Source: Clostridia bacterium (GTDB lineage Bacteria; Bacillota; Clostridia; Christensenellales; UBA1242). Taken from it: 64,000 bases of DNA. Each line of letters starts with the position of its first letter. Position 1 is the stretch's first letter. Positions 1 to 9,216 of this stretch are shown piece by piece. The notes below the pieces were generated by a model. The model saw only the letters and a program-made list of their open reading frames with translations, did not search any database and was not told the DNA's origin. Made by a program: the position numbers and the translations under genes. Location: contig JAZTWI010000001.1 in assembly GCA_045635805.1 (NCBI GenBank), forward strand, positions 130,103 through 194,102, given 5' to 3'.

Positions 1-447
1 CAGACCAATGTAGAAGGGAAGGTCTTTTTGCCGGAGTATCTAACTCACGGGACATACGATGGTAGTGATTATGAAAAGGGTGTTTTTCTGCACTTAGTTA
101 CCGACTATATATTCTTCTGTCACTTGCTAGATAAGAACTATCTGGACGGAATAACGTTATTTGAATTTTGTAATGACCTTTATCATAGTTATGACATTGT
201 ATCAAATGCTATCGATACCAAGTATGAGATAGACTACTCAAATATTAGAGAAAAGATAAATGAAAATATCGCTAAGGGTATGAAAAGTAAGAATGTGGAC
301 CTAAAAAATGAGAAGTCAAAAAACATACTTAATGTAAAGCAATTAGACGAATTTATAGAGTATGTATCTAATCTAAAAATAGATGCATACATAGAGAAGA
401 TTCTCCTTGCGGGAACCAATGTATTACCAGACGAAGACTATCTATAG
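1..447 (+). CDS. 5'-truncated (window edge) metal-dependent hydrolase, zinc phospholipase C-like family; paralog of the ORF at 63489..64000
   Basis: Frame 1 is open from base 1, so the listed start at 28 is not the real start. It shares the KG.FLHL..D..FF core and colinear downstream sequence with the ORF at the other window edge. The family name is from memory. Confidence 0.45.
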   Translation, partial: QTNVEGKVFLPEYLTHGTYDGSDYEKGVFLHLVTDYIFFCHLLDKNYLDGITLFEFCNDLYHSYDIVSNAIDTKYEIDYSNIREKINENIAKGMKSKNVDLKNEKSKNILNVKQLDEFIEYVSNLKIDAYIEKILLAGTNVLPDEDYL

Positions 448-460
448 ATAGTCTTTTTTT
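435..460 (+). terminator. Intrinsic terminator overlapping the stop codon
   Basis: Stem AGACTATC/GATAGTCT (8 bp), loop TATA, followed by a T7 run. Confidence 0.6.
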
Positions 461-537
461 ACTTTTTAATAAAAATTTCTATGTAAAAATATAAATAATA
501 TTATTTAAAGATATGGCACAAAACATACACTTTGGTC

Positions 538-566
538 TTTACATTTTAGTCTAATTGGTATATACT
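538..566 (+). promoter_or_regulatory. Sigma-A-type promoter for the helicase gene
   Basis: TTTACA, 17 nt spacer, TATACT. Confidence 0.45.
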
Positions 567-592
567 AGTTAGGCTTGACAGAAGGAGCAAAT

Positions 593-3500
593 ATGAGTGT
601 AATTTATAGAAAATACAAAGAAAGATTAGTTGAGATTTCTGGTAAAAATAGAAGTCTGTATGCGAAGAAAATAGGTAAGCAGTATGCTTATGATATAGGT
701 AAATTATTAAAGAAAGATAGTGAGAATACAGAACTATTCCTAGAGTTTTTGATGAAGGGTAAGAGAACAGGTTTTACTCTTATCAGTAGAGATACTAGGG
801 ATAAGTTTTTTGATATCTTAAATTTAAGCGAGAAGATTGAGAAAAAGTTCAAAGATAAAACAAAGATGACTGTCGCTGAGACTAGAAATGAAAACTTGAG
901 AAGGGAAAGACTAAAGAGAGATGAACTAAAGAAAGCTCACCTTTCTCAAGTAAATCATCTTAGAATACTAAAAAGAGAAGTCGATGAGTTTGCTAAAGAA
1001 ACCGGTAGATACGAGATGTTTGTGGGTTACCCATTTGTTCAGGGCGAACTAAATAGAGAGACAATGATTAAGGCTCCACTTCTTCTATTCCCTATGAATA
1101 TTACAATTAGGGACGAATTCACGGTAGAATTAGAGTTTAAAAAAGATGAGCCTGTACAATTAAACAAAGTGTTTATTTTGGCTTATGCTAAGCATCATAA
1201 ATTAATCGTTGACGACCTAGTACAAGAGTTTGATAACGAAAATAAATTTAACTTCAAGTCAATTAGAGAGATACTAGATTACCTAGCTAAATTTGGCTTT
1301 AAATTAAAGTACACAGAGAGAGAAACTTTTGAAGAATTTGAAGAAGGTGGCGACCCAAGAAGGGGAGATAAACTAACTATCAAAAATTATGCAGTAGTTG
1401 GTAGATTTCCACTAGCAAATTCTATATACAATGACTATGTGGTGCTTGAGAAAGACAGATTATCTACTCCTGCAATCGAGATGCTTCTTAGCAATAAAGA
1501 AATGCCTAAGTCAAAGAAGAAAAAGACCGACGATTTCCCAATAACCGAGAGTGACTACGCACAAGCCAAGTCTCTAGAGCAAATCAATGAATTTGGTAAC
1601 GTTGTTATCTTTGGTCCCCCAGGAACAGGTAAATCTCAGTCTATTGTTAATATTATCAGTGACTCTGTGGCAAAAGGTAAGAGAGTACTAGTTGTTAGCC
1701 AAAAGAAAGTAGCTATGGACGTAGTATATAATAGACTAGGCACTCTTGCTAATAGAACAATGTATATGACCGATGTAGAGAAGAGTAGTACAATGTTCTA
1801 TGATAAAGTAAAGAGAGTGCATAACGAAGTAATGTCAGGGATTACCAATGACGCTATGGATAAGCATAATAAATTAAACGATGAGATAGCAGGAGAAGTA
1901 CTACATCTAGAGCAATTAAATAACGCTCTATTTAATACTCTGCCTTATGGTGCATCACTACAAACTTTGTACGCATCTAGTACACCTGTAAAGAAGGGAA
2001 CTTTCGATTTTAAAATATACAAGGCTTTGTTAGAAAATAGTGAAATTATGTCCTATGACTATGGTACTCTCAAAGATATTACTAATAAAATTCACGAGAA
2101 GAAAAAGGATAAACTTTTCTACAGATATACCCAATTAAAGGGAAAAAATCTATTTGTACCGTTCCTAAAGATGGATATTAATATCGAAGACCTAAATGCT
2201 CTAAAGGTGTATGTACAGAAATTACTAGACTCGACCCTGCAACCATTTGACTTTAGTAAATACTCATTATTAAAGCCTGTATTATTTATGTGCTTAAATA
2301 ACTCAAATCTAGCCGAAAGAGACATAGATAGAGTTATCAAGATTATTGCTAAATCAGATATGGCAGATAGCGAGAATAATAGTAGAAAAGATTTAGCAGA
2401 GAGATGCAAAGTTCTAAGACGACAATTCACTCAATTAGAAGTAGAAACAGAGAAATTTGTAACAGAAGAAAAACTGCTTAGAAAGGTTCTTACTAACGAA
2501 GGCTATTCGTTAATCGTAGACAATATCCTTAGTGGTAGTAGGTCATCTCTAAAGCTTCTAAATGATGCACTTAAGAACTTCACAACTATTAGAGATATGA
2601 TGCAGAACTTACAGACTCTTAGCGATAAGGAAAGGGCTGTATTAGAGTTTGCTTACAAACTATCTAAGAACGAAGAAGACATTAGAAATATTGTGTCTAG
2701 ACTTCTTCCTATTAGAAACTACCACGAGATAGTTAAGGCAGAAGAAAAAGAAGATAGAAAACTATCATTTATACTAGACTATGAAAACACAAAGAAAAGA
2801 ATTCTTAGCCTAAAAGCAGAAATACTAGACGCTAATAAAGATATTGCATACATTGCATTTAATGAGCAGTATAAGAATTATTACGAGAGCAGAAAAGATA
2901 GCAAAGACTATTTATATGTTATCAATAAACAAGAGAATATGTGGAATATCCGTAAAACAATGGAGTATTTTTATGAGTATCTACTCAGACTATTCCCTTG
3001 CTGGATGATGAGCCCAGAAAATGTAAGTTCAGTAATTCCACTTAAGACCGAACTTTTCGACATTATCATCTTTGACGAAGCATCACAGATATTTATAGAG
3101 AACTCTATTCCTACTATTTATAGGGGTAAGTCAGTTGCTATTGCAGGAGATAGAAAGCAATTAAAACCAACTACAACCTTTATGAAAAGATATATGGGTA
3201 ATGAGAATTTCGATGACCTATCTCTAACCGAACAGGCAGCCCTAGAAGTAGAGAGTCTACTAGACCTAGCAACTAGTAGATATACTAATGCAAATCTAAC
3301 ATACCACTATCGTAGTAGATACGAAGAATTAATTAATTTCTCTAACTATGCTTTCTATGACGAAAAGTTAGATATAGCACCTAATATCTCAAAGAATGTA
3401 TATAAGCCTATTGAGAGAATTAAGGTAGATGGCGTATGGGTAGAGAGAAGAAACCACGAAGAAGCAGTTGAAGTAGTTAAGACTATTAAGAAAATCTTTA

Positions 3501-4699
3501 AGGAAAGAAAGAAAAATGAAACTATCGGTGTTATAACATTTAATACCGAACAAGAGCATTATATAGCAGATATTATCGATGTTGAGTGTGAGAAAGACCC
3601 CGCATTTAGAGAAGCGTACCTAAAAGAAACTGCTAGAAGAGAAAATGGCGAAGATGCAGGTATCTTTATTAAAAATATCGAAAACGTACAGGGTGAAGAG
3701 AGAGATATCATCATCTTCTCTGTGGGCTATGCAAAAAATGAAAGGGGTAAGGTTGTGGCGCTATTCGGTCCACTTAGCCAAGAAGGTGGAGAGAATAGAC
3801 TAAACGTTGCTATCACTAGAGCGAAAGAGAAGATTTATCTAATCACTTCTATAGAACCAGAAGAATTAAACGTAACATTCTCTAAAAATATCGGTCCTAA
3901 AGTTCTCAAGAAATATCTTCAATATGCTAGAGCAGTAAGCTTCGGTAATAAATACGAACAACAGATTATTCTAGAGTCTCTAAGGAAAAAGACTGTTATT
4001 GAGTCCAACCCAACAATGGGACTAGAACAAGAAATCAAAGAAGCACTAGAGAAGAAAAAATATATGGTAGATACCAATATCGGCTCTTCTAAATATAAAA
4101 TTAATCTAGCAGTATATAATAAGAAACTAGATAGATATGTACTAGGTATCGAGATTGACTCTAATGCATATCACTCTAGTGAGAGTATGTTAGAAAGAGA
4201 TGTCTATAGGACTAATTTCTTGACTTCTAGGGGCTGGAATATGATGAGACTATGGAGTAGAGATTGGTGGCAAGATAAAGCCAAGACTATTGAACTAATC
4301 GAGAGCAAGATAGAGAAAGCTACTCAAAAAATCATAAGCGATGGTGTGCCTAAGAAAAAGAGAATTAAGAAAGAGTCTACAGGTGTAGAAAATAAGACTC
4401 TATCTGGTAATCTTTTTGAAAAAGCACAAAGGGAAAGTCAAGTTATCAGTACTAGACTTAATAAAAAAGTTCTAGCAAGGCTAGAAGAAGACAAGGCAAA
4501 CGAAAAAGAAAATGCAGAGAAGATTAAGAAAATTAATGAAACTGCAGATTATAATTTAGTTCTAGAACCAATACTCACTGCTAAAGAAATGAGAGAAGAA
4601 CTAAAGAAAAATAAGACAACTAAGAAGTCTACAAAAAGCACTGCAAAAAAGACTACTAAACCTACCGAACCTAAGACAGAAGAAAAGGTAGAGAAATAA
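593..4699 (+). CDS. Large SF1 (Upf1/DNA2-like, AAA_11/AAA_12) helicase with DUF4011-type N-terminus, C-terminal REase-like (DUF559/Vsr-like) domain and Lys/Glu-rich tail
   Basis: Walker A is GPPGTGKS and motif II is IIFDEASQ. Late helicase motifs are VQGEERDIIIFS and RLNVAITRAK. The nuclease-like segment is GIEIDSNAYH..ERD..R..FL..RGWNMMRLWSRDW. ATG 593 follows RBS GAAGGAG, so it is preferred over the listed TTG at 575. Confidence 0.85.
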   Translation: MSVIYRKYKERLVEISGKNRSLYAKKIGKQYAYDIGKLLKKDSENTELFLEFLMKGKRTGFTLISRDTRDKFFDILNLSEKIEKKFKDKTKMTVAETRNENLRRERLKRDELKKAHLSQVNHLRILKREVDEFAKETGRYEMFVGYPFVQGELNRETMIKAPLLLFPMNITIRDEFTVELEFKKDEPVQLNKVFILAYAKHHKLIVDDLVQEFDNENKFNFKSIREILDYLAKFGFKLKYTERETFEEFEEGGDPRRGDKLTIKNYAVVGRFPLANSIYNDYVVLEKDRLSTPAIEMLLSNKEMPKSKKKKTDDFPITESDYAQAKSLEQINEFGNVVIFGPPGTGKSQSIVNIISDSVAKGKRVLVVSQKKVAMDVVYNRLGTLANRTMYMTDVEKSSTMFYDKVKRVHNEVMSGITNDAMDKHNKLNDEIAGEVLHLEQLNNALFNTLPYGASLQTLYASSTPVKKGTFDFKIYKALLENSEIMSYDYGTLKDITNKIHEKKKDKLFYRYTQLKGKNLFVPFLKMDINIEDLNALKVYVQKLLDSTLQPFDFSKYSLLKPVLFMCLNNSNLAERDIDRVIKIIAKSDMADSENNSRKDLAERCKVLRRQFTQLEVETEKFVTEEKLLRKVLTNEGYSLIVDNILSGSRSSLKLLNDALKNFTTIRDMMQNLQTLSDKERAVLEFAYKLSKNEEDIRNIVSRLLPIRNYHEIVKAEEKEDRKLSFILDYENTKKRILSLKAEILDANKDIAYIAFNEQYKNYYESRKDSKDYLYVINKQENMWNIRKTMEYFYEYLLRLFPCWMMSPENVSSVIPLKTELFDIIIFDEASQIFIENSIPTIYRGKSVAIAGDRKQLKPTTTFMKRYMGNENFDDLSLTEQAALEVESLLDLATSRYTNANLTYHYRSRYEELINFSNYAFYDEKLDIAPNISKNVYKPIERIKVDGVWVERRNHEEAVEVVKTIKKIFKERKKNETIGVITFNTEQEHYIADIIDVECEKDPAFREAYLKETARRENGEDAGIFIKNIENVQGEERDIIIFSVGYAKNERGKVVALFGPLSQEGGENRLNVAITRAKEKIYLITSIEPEELNVTFSKNIGPKVLKKYLQYARAVSFGNKYEQQIILESLRKKTVIESNPTMGLEQEIKEALEKKKYMVDTNIGSSKYKINLAVYNKKLDRYVLGIEIDSNAYHSSESMLERDVYRTNFLTSRGWNMMRLWSRDWWQDKAKTIELIESKIEKATQKIISDGVPKKKRIKKESTGVENKTLSGNLFEKAQRESQVISTRLNKKVLARLEEDKANEKENAEKIKKINETADYNLVLEPILTAKEMREELKKNKTTKKSTKSTAKKTTKPTEPKTEEKVEK

Positions 4700-4704
4700 A
4701 AAGA

Positions 4705-4733
4705 GCACCCGACTATAAAGGTTGGGTGTTTTT
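4705..4733. terminator. Bidirectional intrinsic terminator between convergent genes
   Basis: Stem CACCCGAC/GTTGGGTG (one G-U pair), 7-nt loop, T run on the + strand and A run upstream. Confidence 0.6.
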
Positions 4734-4734
4734 A

Positions 4735-5478
4735 TTAATTAAAGAAATTATTAAAATTATTTTTAGGGCTAGGGATTTTACTGCGTTTGTGTGTTGTAGC
4801 TTTGTGTAGTTGTGTGATTTTATCGTAGTTGTCGCCTTTTTCGTTGTTTCTAATAAGTGTGTCTAGTTCGGCATAGGTAAAACCTAGTTTGTCTTCATCG
4901 CTCTTGCCAGACAGACCATCGCTTGGGATTTTCTCTACTAGTGTCTTAGGTAGTCCTAGCTCTAAACCAATCTTGCACACTTCACTCTTAGTATAATCTA
5001 CAAGTGGTGCTATATCTCCAGCACTATCACCCCATTTTGTAGAGTAGCCAACCATTATTTCGCTTAAATTTGACGTGTTAGCAACTAAATAATTAAGACT
5101 ACCAGCAATTGCATATAGTATGGTCATTCTTAGCCTTGGTGGGGTATTTATGGTGGTAACGCTACTTAAGTTTGCGTTTCTGCCTTGCAAGGTAAATTGA
5201 GTCTCTTCAATTATATTCTTATATGCAGTAGATATATCTATTATTTGGTAATCTATACCCAAGTGTTTACAGGTGTCTATAGCATCGGTAATGTCTGCCA
5301 TTTCGCCATTAGGCATTATTACGCCTAGGACTTTTTCTTTGCCAAGGGCTCTTATGCATAGTCCTGCAGTGACTAGACTATCTTTGCCACCACTCATACC
5401 TATGACTATACCTTTGGCTCTGGATTCTAAAACATATTCCTGCAACCATTTGGTTATTTTTTCGATTTCTTTCTTCAT
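4735..5478 (-). CDS. nadE: NH3-dependent NAD+ synthetase
   Basis: PP-loop motif SGGKDS with the size and layout of NadE. ATG 5478 lies 5 nt after AGGTG, so it is preferred over the listed GTG at 5484. Confidence 0.85.
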   Translation of the reverse strand: MKKEIEKITKWLQEYVLESRAKGIVIGMSGGKDSLVTAGLCIRALGKEKVLGVIMPNGEMADITDAIDTCKHLGIDYQIIDISTAYKNIIEETQFTLQGRNANLSSVTTINTPPRLRMTILYAIAGSLNYLVANTSNLSEIMVGYSTKWGDSAGDIAPLVDYTKSEVCKIGLELGLPKTLVEKIPSDGLSGKSDEDKLGFTYAELDTLIRNNEKGDNYDKITQLHKATTHKRSKIPSPKNNFNNFFN

Positions 5479-5607
5479 ACTCACACCTAATTATTCTAAT
5501 TTACTTGCCTTAGTTTTTACTTTGGGTATAATTAAATAATACAAATAATATTGAACATAGTGATTTTACCAAATATTATATAGTTCTGTCAAAAATGGAG
5601 AGAAGTT

Positions 5608-6207
5608 TTGAAAAAATTAGTTAAAATACATAAGCAAACTGATAATAAATATCTAAATATGTTTGAAGCAACATATGATTTGGGAGATAAGACGACTAAG
5701 TATTACATTGCGTCTAGAAGGGAACTAGGAGACCTTGCGTGTCAGGGCTCTACTAGGACAGATGCAGTGAGAGCAGTTCCATATTTTTTCGATGGAGACA
5801 AATGCTTTGTTATTCTTATTAAAGAATTTAGATATGCTGTCGGCGACTATATTTATGCTACTATGGCTGGGCTAATTGACGATGGAGAGACTCCAGAACA
5901 GGCAGTGGTAAGAGAGCTTAGTGAAGAAGTTGGGGCTAGGGCTATAAAAGTTACTAGAACCAGTGGGGCGAGTTTCATCTCTGCTGGCATGAGTGACGAG
6001 AGAATTGTTTGCTTTGAGATAGAAGTAGAGATGGGTGGACAGCAAGAACTAGGCGATAGCGAAGACATAGAAACACTTATTCTTCCACTAGATGAATTAG
6101 GGGACTTTATGAGTGGACATCAGTTTGGTCTACAGAGTGAACTTCAATTACAGTCTTTTATGTATAAGATGAAGTGTGAAGAACTAAAGAAAAAATTAGG
6201 AGAATAG
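5608..6207 (+). CDS. Nudix hydrolase (ADP-ribose pyrophosphatase-like)
   Basis: Complete Nudix box GLIDDGETPEQAVVRELSEEVGA (GX5EX7REUXEEXGU). TTG start follows GGAGAG. Confidence 0.8.
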   Translation: MKKLVKIHKQTDNKYLNMFEATYDLGDKTTKYYIASRRELGDLACQGSTRTDAVRAVPYFFDGDKCFVILIKEFRYAVGDYIYATMAGLIDDGETPEQAVVRELSEEVGARAIKVTRTSGASFISAGMSDERIVCFEIEVEMGGQQELGDSEDIETLILPLDELGDFMSGHQFGLQSELQLQSFMYKMKCEELKKKLGE

Positions 6208-6209
6208 TA

Positions 6210-6713
6210 ATGTCTAGAATAGGTGCATTTTCTGGAAAGTTTTATCCGCCACATATTGGACACGTGTCGGTGGTAGATAGTCTAATAGATAGTTTCGATG
6301 AGATATGGATAATTGTGTCATATAATCCTATTCGTAATATGGAGATTAAGAGAGTGACTGGCTTCGATGCTATTCCACCCGAACTTATTAAGAGTTGGTT
6401 TGAGAAACACTATGCTACTAATCCTAGAGTAAAGGTAGAGATATTCGATGAGAGTGGCTACAGGCCTTACCCAGAAGATGGAGATAAATGGGCAGAAGAA
6501 TTTAGAAGAAAGTTTCCAACTATTAATGCAAAGATTGCAGACGAGAGTTATAGAGAATACAATGCTAAATACTTCCCAGAATTTGAATTTGTATCGATTG
6601 ATAGAGATGCTATTAATATTCACTCCACTATGATTAGGGGGCACGTAAGGGAAATGCTAGACAAGATTATTCCAGAAGCTAGAGAGTATTTTATGTACAA
6701 TGATTTAATATAG
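6210..6713 (+). CDS. Nicotinamide/nicotinate-mononucleotide adenylyltransferase-like cytidylyltransferase
   Basis: GKFYPPHIGH ((H/T)xGH motif) and C-terminal IHSTMIR (ISSTxIR-like motif). The gene starts 2 nt after the Nudix stop. Confidence 0.7.
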   Translation: MSRIGAFSGKFYPPHIGHVSVVDSLIDSFDEIWIIVSYNPIRNMEIKRVTGFDAIPPELIKSWFEKHYATNPRVKVEIFDESGYRPYPEDGDKWAEEFRRKFPTINAKIADESYREYNAKYFPEFEFVSIDRDAINIHSTMIRGHVREMLDKIIPEAREYFMYNDLI

Positions 6714-6714
6714 A

Positions 6715-6752
6715 AAAGAAAAAACTGCTTGTTATTTTCAAGCAGTTTTTTT
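6715..6752. terminator. Bidirectional intrinsic terminator
   Basis: Stem CTGCTTG/CAAGCAG flanked by an A run and a T run. Confidence 0.65.
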
Positions 6753-6756
6753 GTGT

Positions 6757-8823
6757 CTATTTACCTTCGCTGTGTCCATTGATAATGAGTTTATGTAATG
6801 CTCTGGTTTTAGCAACGTATAGTAGTTTTAAATCTATACTATTTTCTGTGTAACTTGAGTGGTCATATATGATAACTGAGTCAAATTCTAGACCCTTGGC
6901 AGTTTGTACTGTGAGCAGACTTTTCTTGATATCTGAGTATGTTGTATTGTTCTCATCGAGTACCACTAGTTCTAGTGATTCTAGAGCTTTCTCTGCTTCT
7001 CTTAGTTCTTCGTTATCTTTGCAGATAATGGCAGTATTATTATATTCTTTTGACAATAACTCTAGTTGTTTTGACACTAAGTCTGCATTTTTGTCTTTGT
7101 AATAATCCACTTTTTCACCGTGTCTTAAGACATTGTTTGCTGGTGGTAAACCTAGTTTTTTAAGTGTTACATATGCTTCGTCCATTATCTCAATGCTGGT
7201 ACGATAACTTCTATTTAGGTATAGCAGTTCACACTCATTTATTATCTCTTGTATATCTTCCCATCTGTCTATTGATTGGTAGGAATATATACCTTGCGCG
7301 ATATCTCCAAATATCATAAAGGTTGACATTTTAAATAGGTTCTTAAGGCCCATAAACATAATACTAGGTAGGTCCTGTGCTTCGTCTATTAGCACGGCTT
7401 TGATTTTAGAGTAGTAAGGGATTTCGCTGAATCTAGAGAATAAGTATAGTAGTACGCCCATATCATCATAGGCTAGTTCTTTGTTTTTTAGTCTGTTTAG
7501 AGTTTCTCTCTGTAGGATTTTGATATCTTCGTAGTCGGTGTACTTATGAATATTAGATATCATATCTTTGTATATCTTGAAGATATCTATATTTAGGTTG
7601 ATTGCCTTTTTGACATATCCATAATTACTAGACTCTAGTATTCTCTTGATTGCAAACTTTTTATTTAGTTCTAGGTTTTGCTCATCGATTTTCTTAAATG
7701 CTGACTTCTGAACCTTGCCTTCGAGCGATAGTGAAATGCCTAGTTTCTTATAACCATTGTTTGCGATGGTTTCTATCGTTGCATTGTCGTAACTAGTGAA
7801 GAATGAGAAGGTTGTGTCTTTGTCTAGTACTTCAACTCCGTTTACAACTAGTGGTTTGCAGAATACTTCTTTCTTGTAATCTTCCAGCCATTTGTCTATG
7901 AGTTCTGCAAAGGCTCTAGAACTTTTAAACTTTAGGTATTCGTGTTTGATGCCTTTAGATTTTAGGTATTCATACTGAGAGTGTTTATTTAGTATCTTGT
8001 ATTCATTACCTAATGCATACTCAAACATTTTGTTTAGACTGAAACTATTTGCCTTGTCGGCTTCCAGGTCTACGAGTATGCTAGATATATAGTTCATAAA
8101 GATTTCGTTAGGGGAAATTATTAGATACTCTTCTGGTTTGACTTGCTTTTTGTAATTGTACATTAGATATGATAGTCTATGTAGTGCTACAGTTGTTTTA
8201 CCCGAACCTGCTACTCCTTGTACGATTGCATTTCTAAAGATTGGTAGTCTAATTATTCTATTCTGCTCTTCTTGAATAGTAGATACGATACTCTTTAGTC
8301 TATTGTTTGCAGACTGTGTTAGGTATGGGGTAAGGAATTCGTCATTACTTACTTTGTCTTCAAAGTCGTATATGGATTTTACTTCACCTTCTTTGATTGT
8401 GACCTGCCTTTTTAGTTTTAGGTCTACTTGATACTCTTTACCTAGGGCTTCGTATTCGGTCTCACCTAGTTTACCATTGTAGTATAGGTCGCTTATTGGT
8501 GCTCTCCAGTCGACTATTTTCTCATCGGTGGGGTTCTTGATTTCGCCTATGCTAAGTCTACCTATATAGCCTTGGAATTCTTCTCCGTCACTTAGGTCGC
8601 TAAAGACTAGTTTTGCAAAGTAGGGGTTGTCTCTATGCTTATTTAGTATATGCATTTTCTCATCAATATCGTTTAGTATATTTTCTCTCTCGATATTGAA
8701 TCCGTTTTCGGTTTCTATCGGCATCTTGAGTGCCCACTCTCTGTCGGTCATCAGTTCCTTCTGGTAGGCATTAACCATACCCATTAGGACTTCGTACTTT
8801 TTCTTTTCATAATCTAAGCTCAT
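6757..8823 (-). CDS. helD: HelD-type UvrD-like helicase (RNA polymerase-associated helicase IV family)
   Basis: Walker A is QGVAGSGKTTVALHR, followed by LIDEAQD and a C-terminal GLEFD...VAKTRA motif. The N-terminal region is HelD-like. ATG 8823 follows GAGGAGG, so it is preferred over the listed start at 8871. Confidence 0.8.
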   Translation of the reverse strand: MSLDYEKKKYEVLMGMVNAYQKELMTDREWALKMPIETENGFNIERENILNDIDEKMHILNKHRDNPYFAKLVFSDLSDGEEFQGYIGRLSIGEIKNPTDEKIVDWRAPISDLYYNGKLGETEYEALGKEYQVDLKLKRQVTIKEGEVKSIYDFEDKVSNDEFLTPYLTQSANNRLKSIVSTIQEEQNRIIRLPIFRNAIVQGVAGSGKTTVALHRLSYLMYNYKKQVKPEEYLIISPNEIFMNYISSILVDLEADKANSFSLNKMFEYALGNEYKILNKHSQYEYLKSKGIKHEYLKFKSSRAFAELIDKWLEDYKKEVFCKPLVVNGVEVLDKDTTFSFFTSYDNATIETIANNGYKKLGISLSLEGKVQKSAFKKIDEQNLELNKKFAIKRILESSNYGYVKKAINLNIDIFKIYKDMISNIHKYTDYEDIKILQRETLNRLKNKELAYDDMGVLLYLFSRFSEIPYYSKIKAVLIDEAQDLPSIMFMGLKNLFKMSTFMIFGDIAQGIYSYQSIDRWEDIQEIINECELLYLNRSYRTSIEIMDEAYVTLKKLGLPPANNVLRHGEKVDYYKDKNADLVSKQLELLSKEYNNTAIICKDNEELREAEKALESLELVVLDENNTTYSDIKKSLLTVQTAKGLEFDSVIIYDHSSYTENSIDLKLLYVAKTRALHKLIINGHSEGK

Positions 8824-8858
8824 AATTTCCTCCTCAGTTATTTTATTTATTTTTATTG

Positions 8859-8901
8859 AAAAAGGCAACAAAAAGGCTGGTCTATAATTATAAACCAGCC
8901 T
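8859..8901 (-). terminator. Strong intrinsic terminator/attenuator in the helD leader
   Basis: On the minus strand the hairpin is AGGCUGGUUUAU-AAUU-AUAGACCAGCCU (12-bp stem including one G-U, 4-nt loop), followed by UUUUGUUGCCUUUUU. The U tract ends about 35 nt before the helD ATG. Confidence 0.65.
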
Positions 8902-8998
8902 GTAAATTCACATATTCTACACTCTCTGTAACAAAGTTTACACTCTTTGCTACCATATTATTTGTTGTATTAAACTTGCGGTGTATCTTATATCTCAT
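8888..8998 (-). CDS. Candidate 36-aa leader peptide (uORF) MRYKIHRKFNTTNNMVAKSVNFVTESVEYVNLQAGL
   Basis: I translated this codon by codon. The ATG is preceded by GAAGGGG-tagt. The last codons (GCU GGU UUA) and the UAA stop lie in the 5' arm and tip of the terminator hairpin. Confidence 0.4.
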   Translation of the reverse strand: MRYKIHRKFNTTNNMVAKSVNFVTESVEYVNLQAGL

Positions 8999-9026
8999 AC
9001 TACCCCTTCAACAAAATTATAAAAAT

Positions 9027-9055
9027 AGTATACCATTATATTTGTCTTTTGTAAA
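9027..9055 (-). promoter_or_regulatory. Sigma-A-type promoter driving the helD leader
   Basis: On the minus strand: TTTACA, 17 nt spacer, TGgTATACT (extended -10). Confidence 0.5.
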
Positions 9056-9216
9056 GTGTTTTTTATAATGTTTTATATGAGTGGCGAAAATTTCTTAGAT
9101 TACTATTACATAGTAAAATTTGTAATTTCTTTTGTTTTTTATTTGATATTTACTTTAAAATTGTAAGACAAATAATTTTTATATGATATAATTATAATGT
9201 AAAAAGAAGGTGTATT

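Noticed and set aside
8856-9068. Listed 70-aa plus-strand ORF in the helD/CYTH intergenic region
   Set aside because: It has no RBS, its sequence is hydrophobic and low-complexity as expected from AT-rich antisense translation, and it lies opposite the better-supported minus-strand promoter/uORF/terminator.
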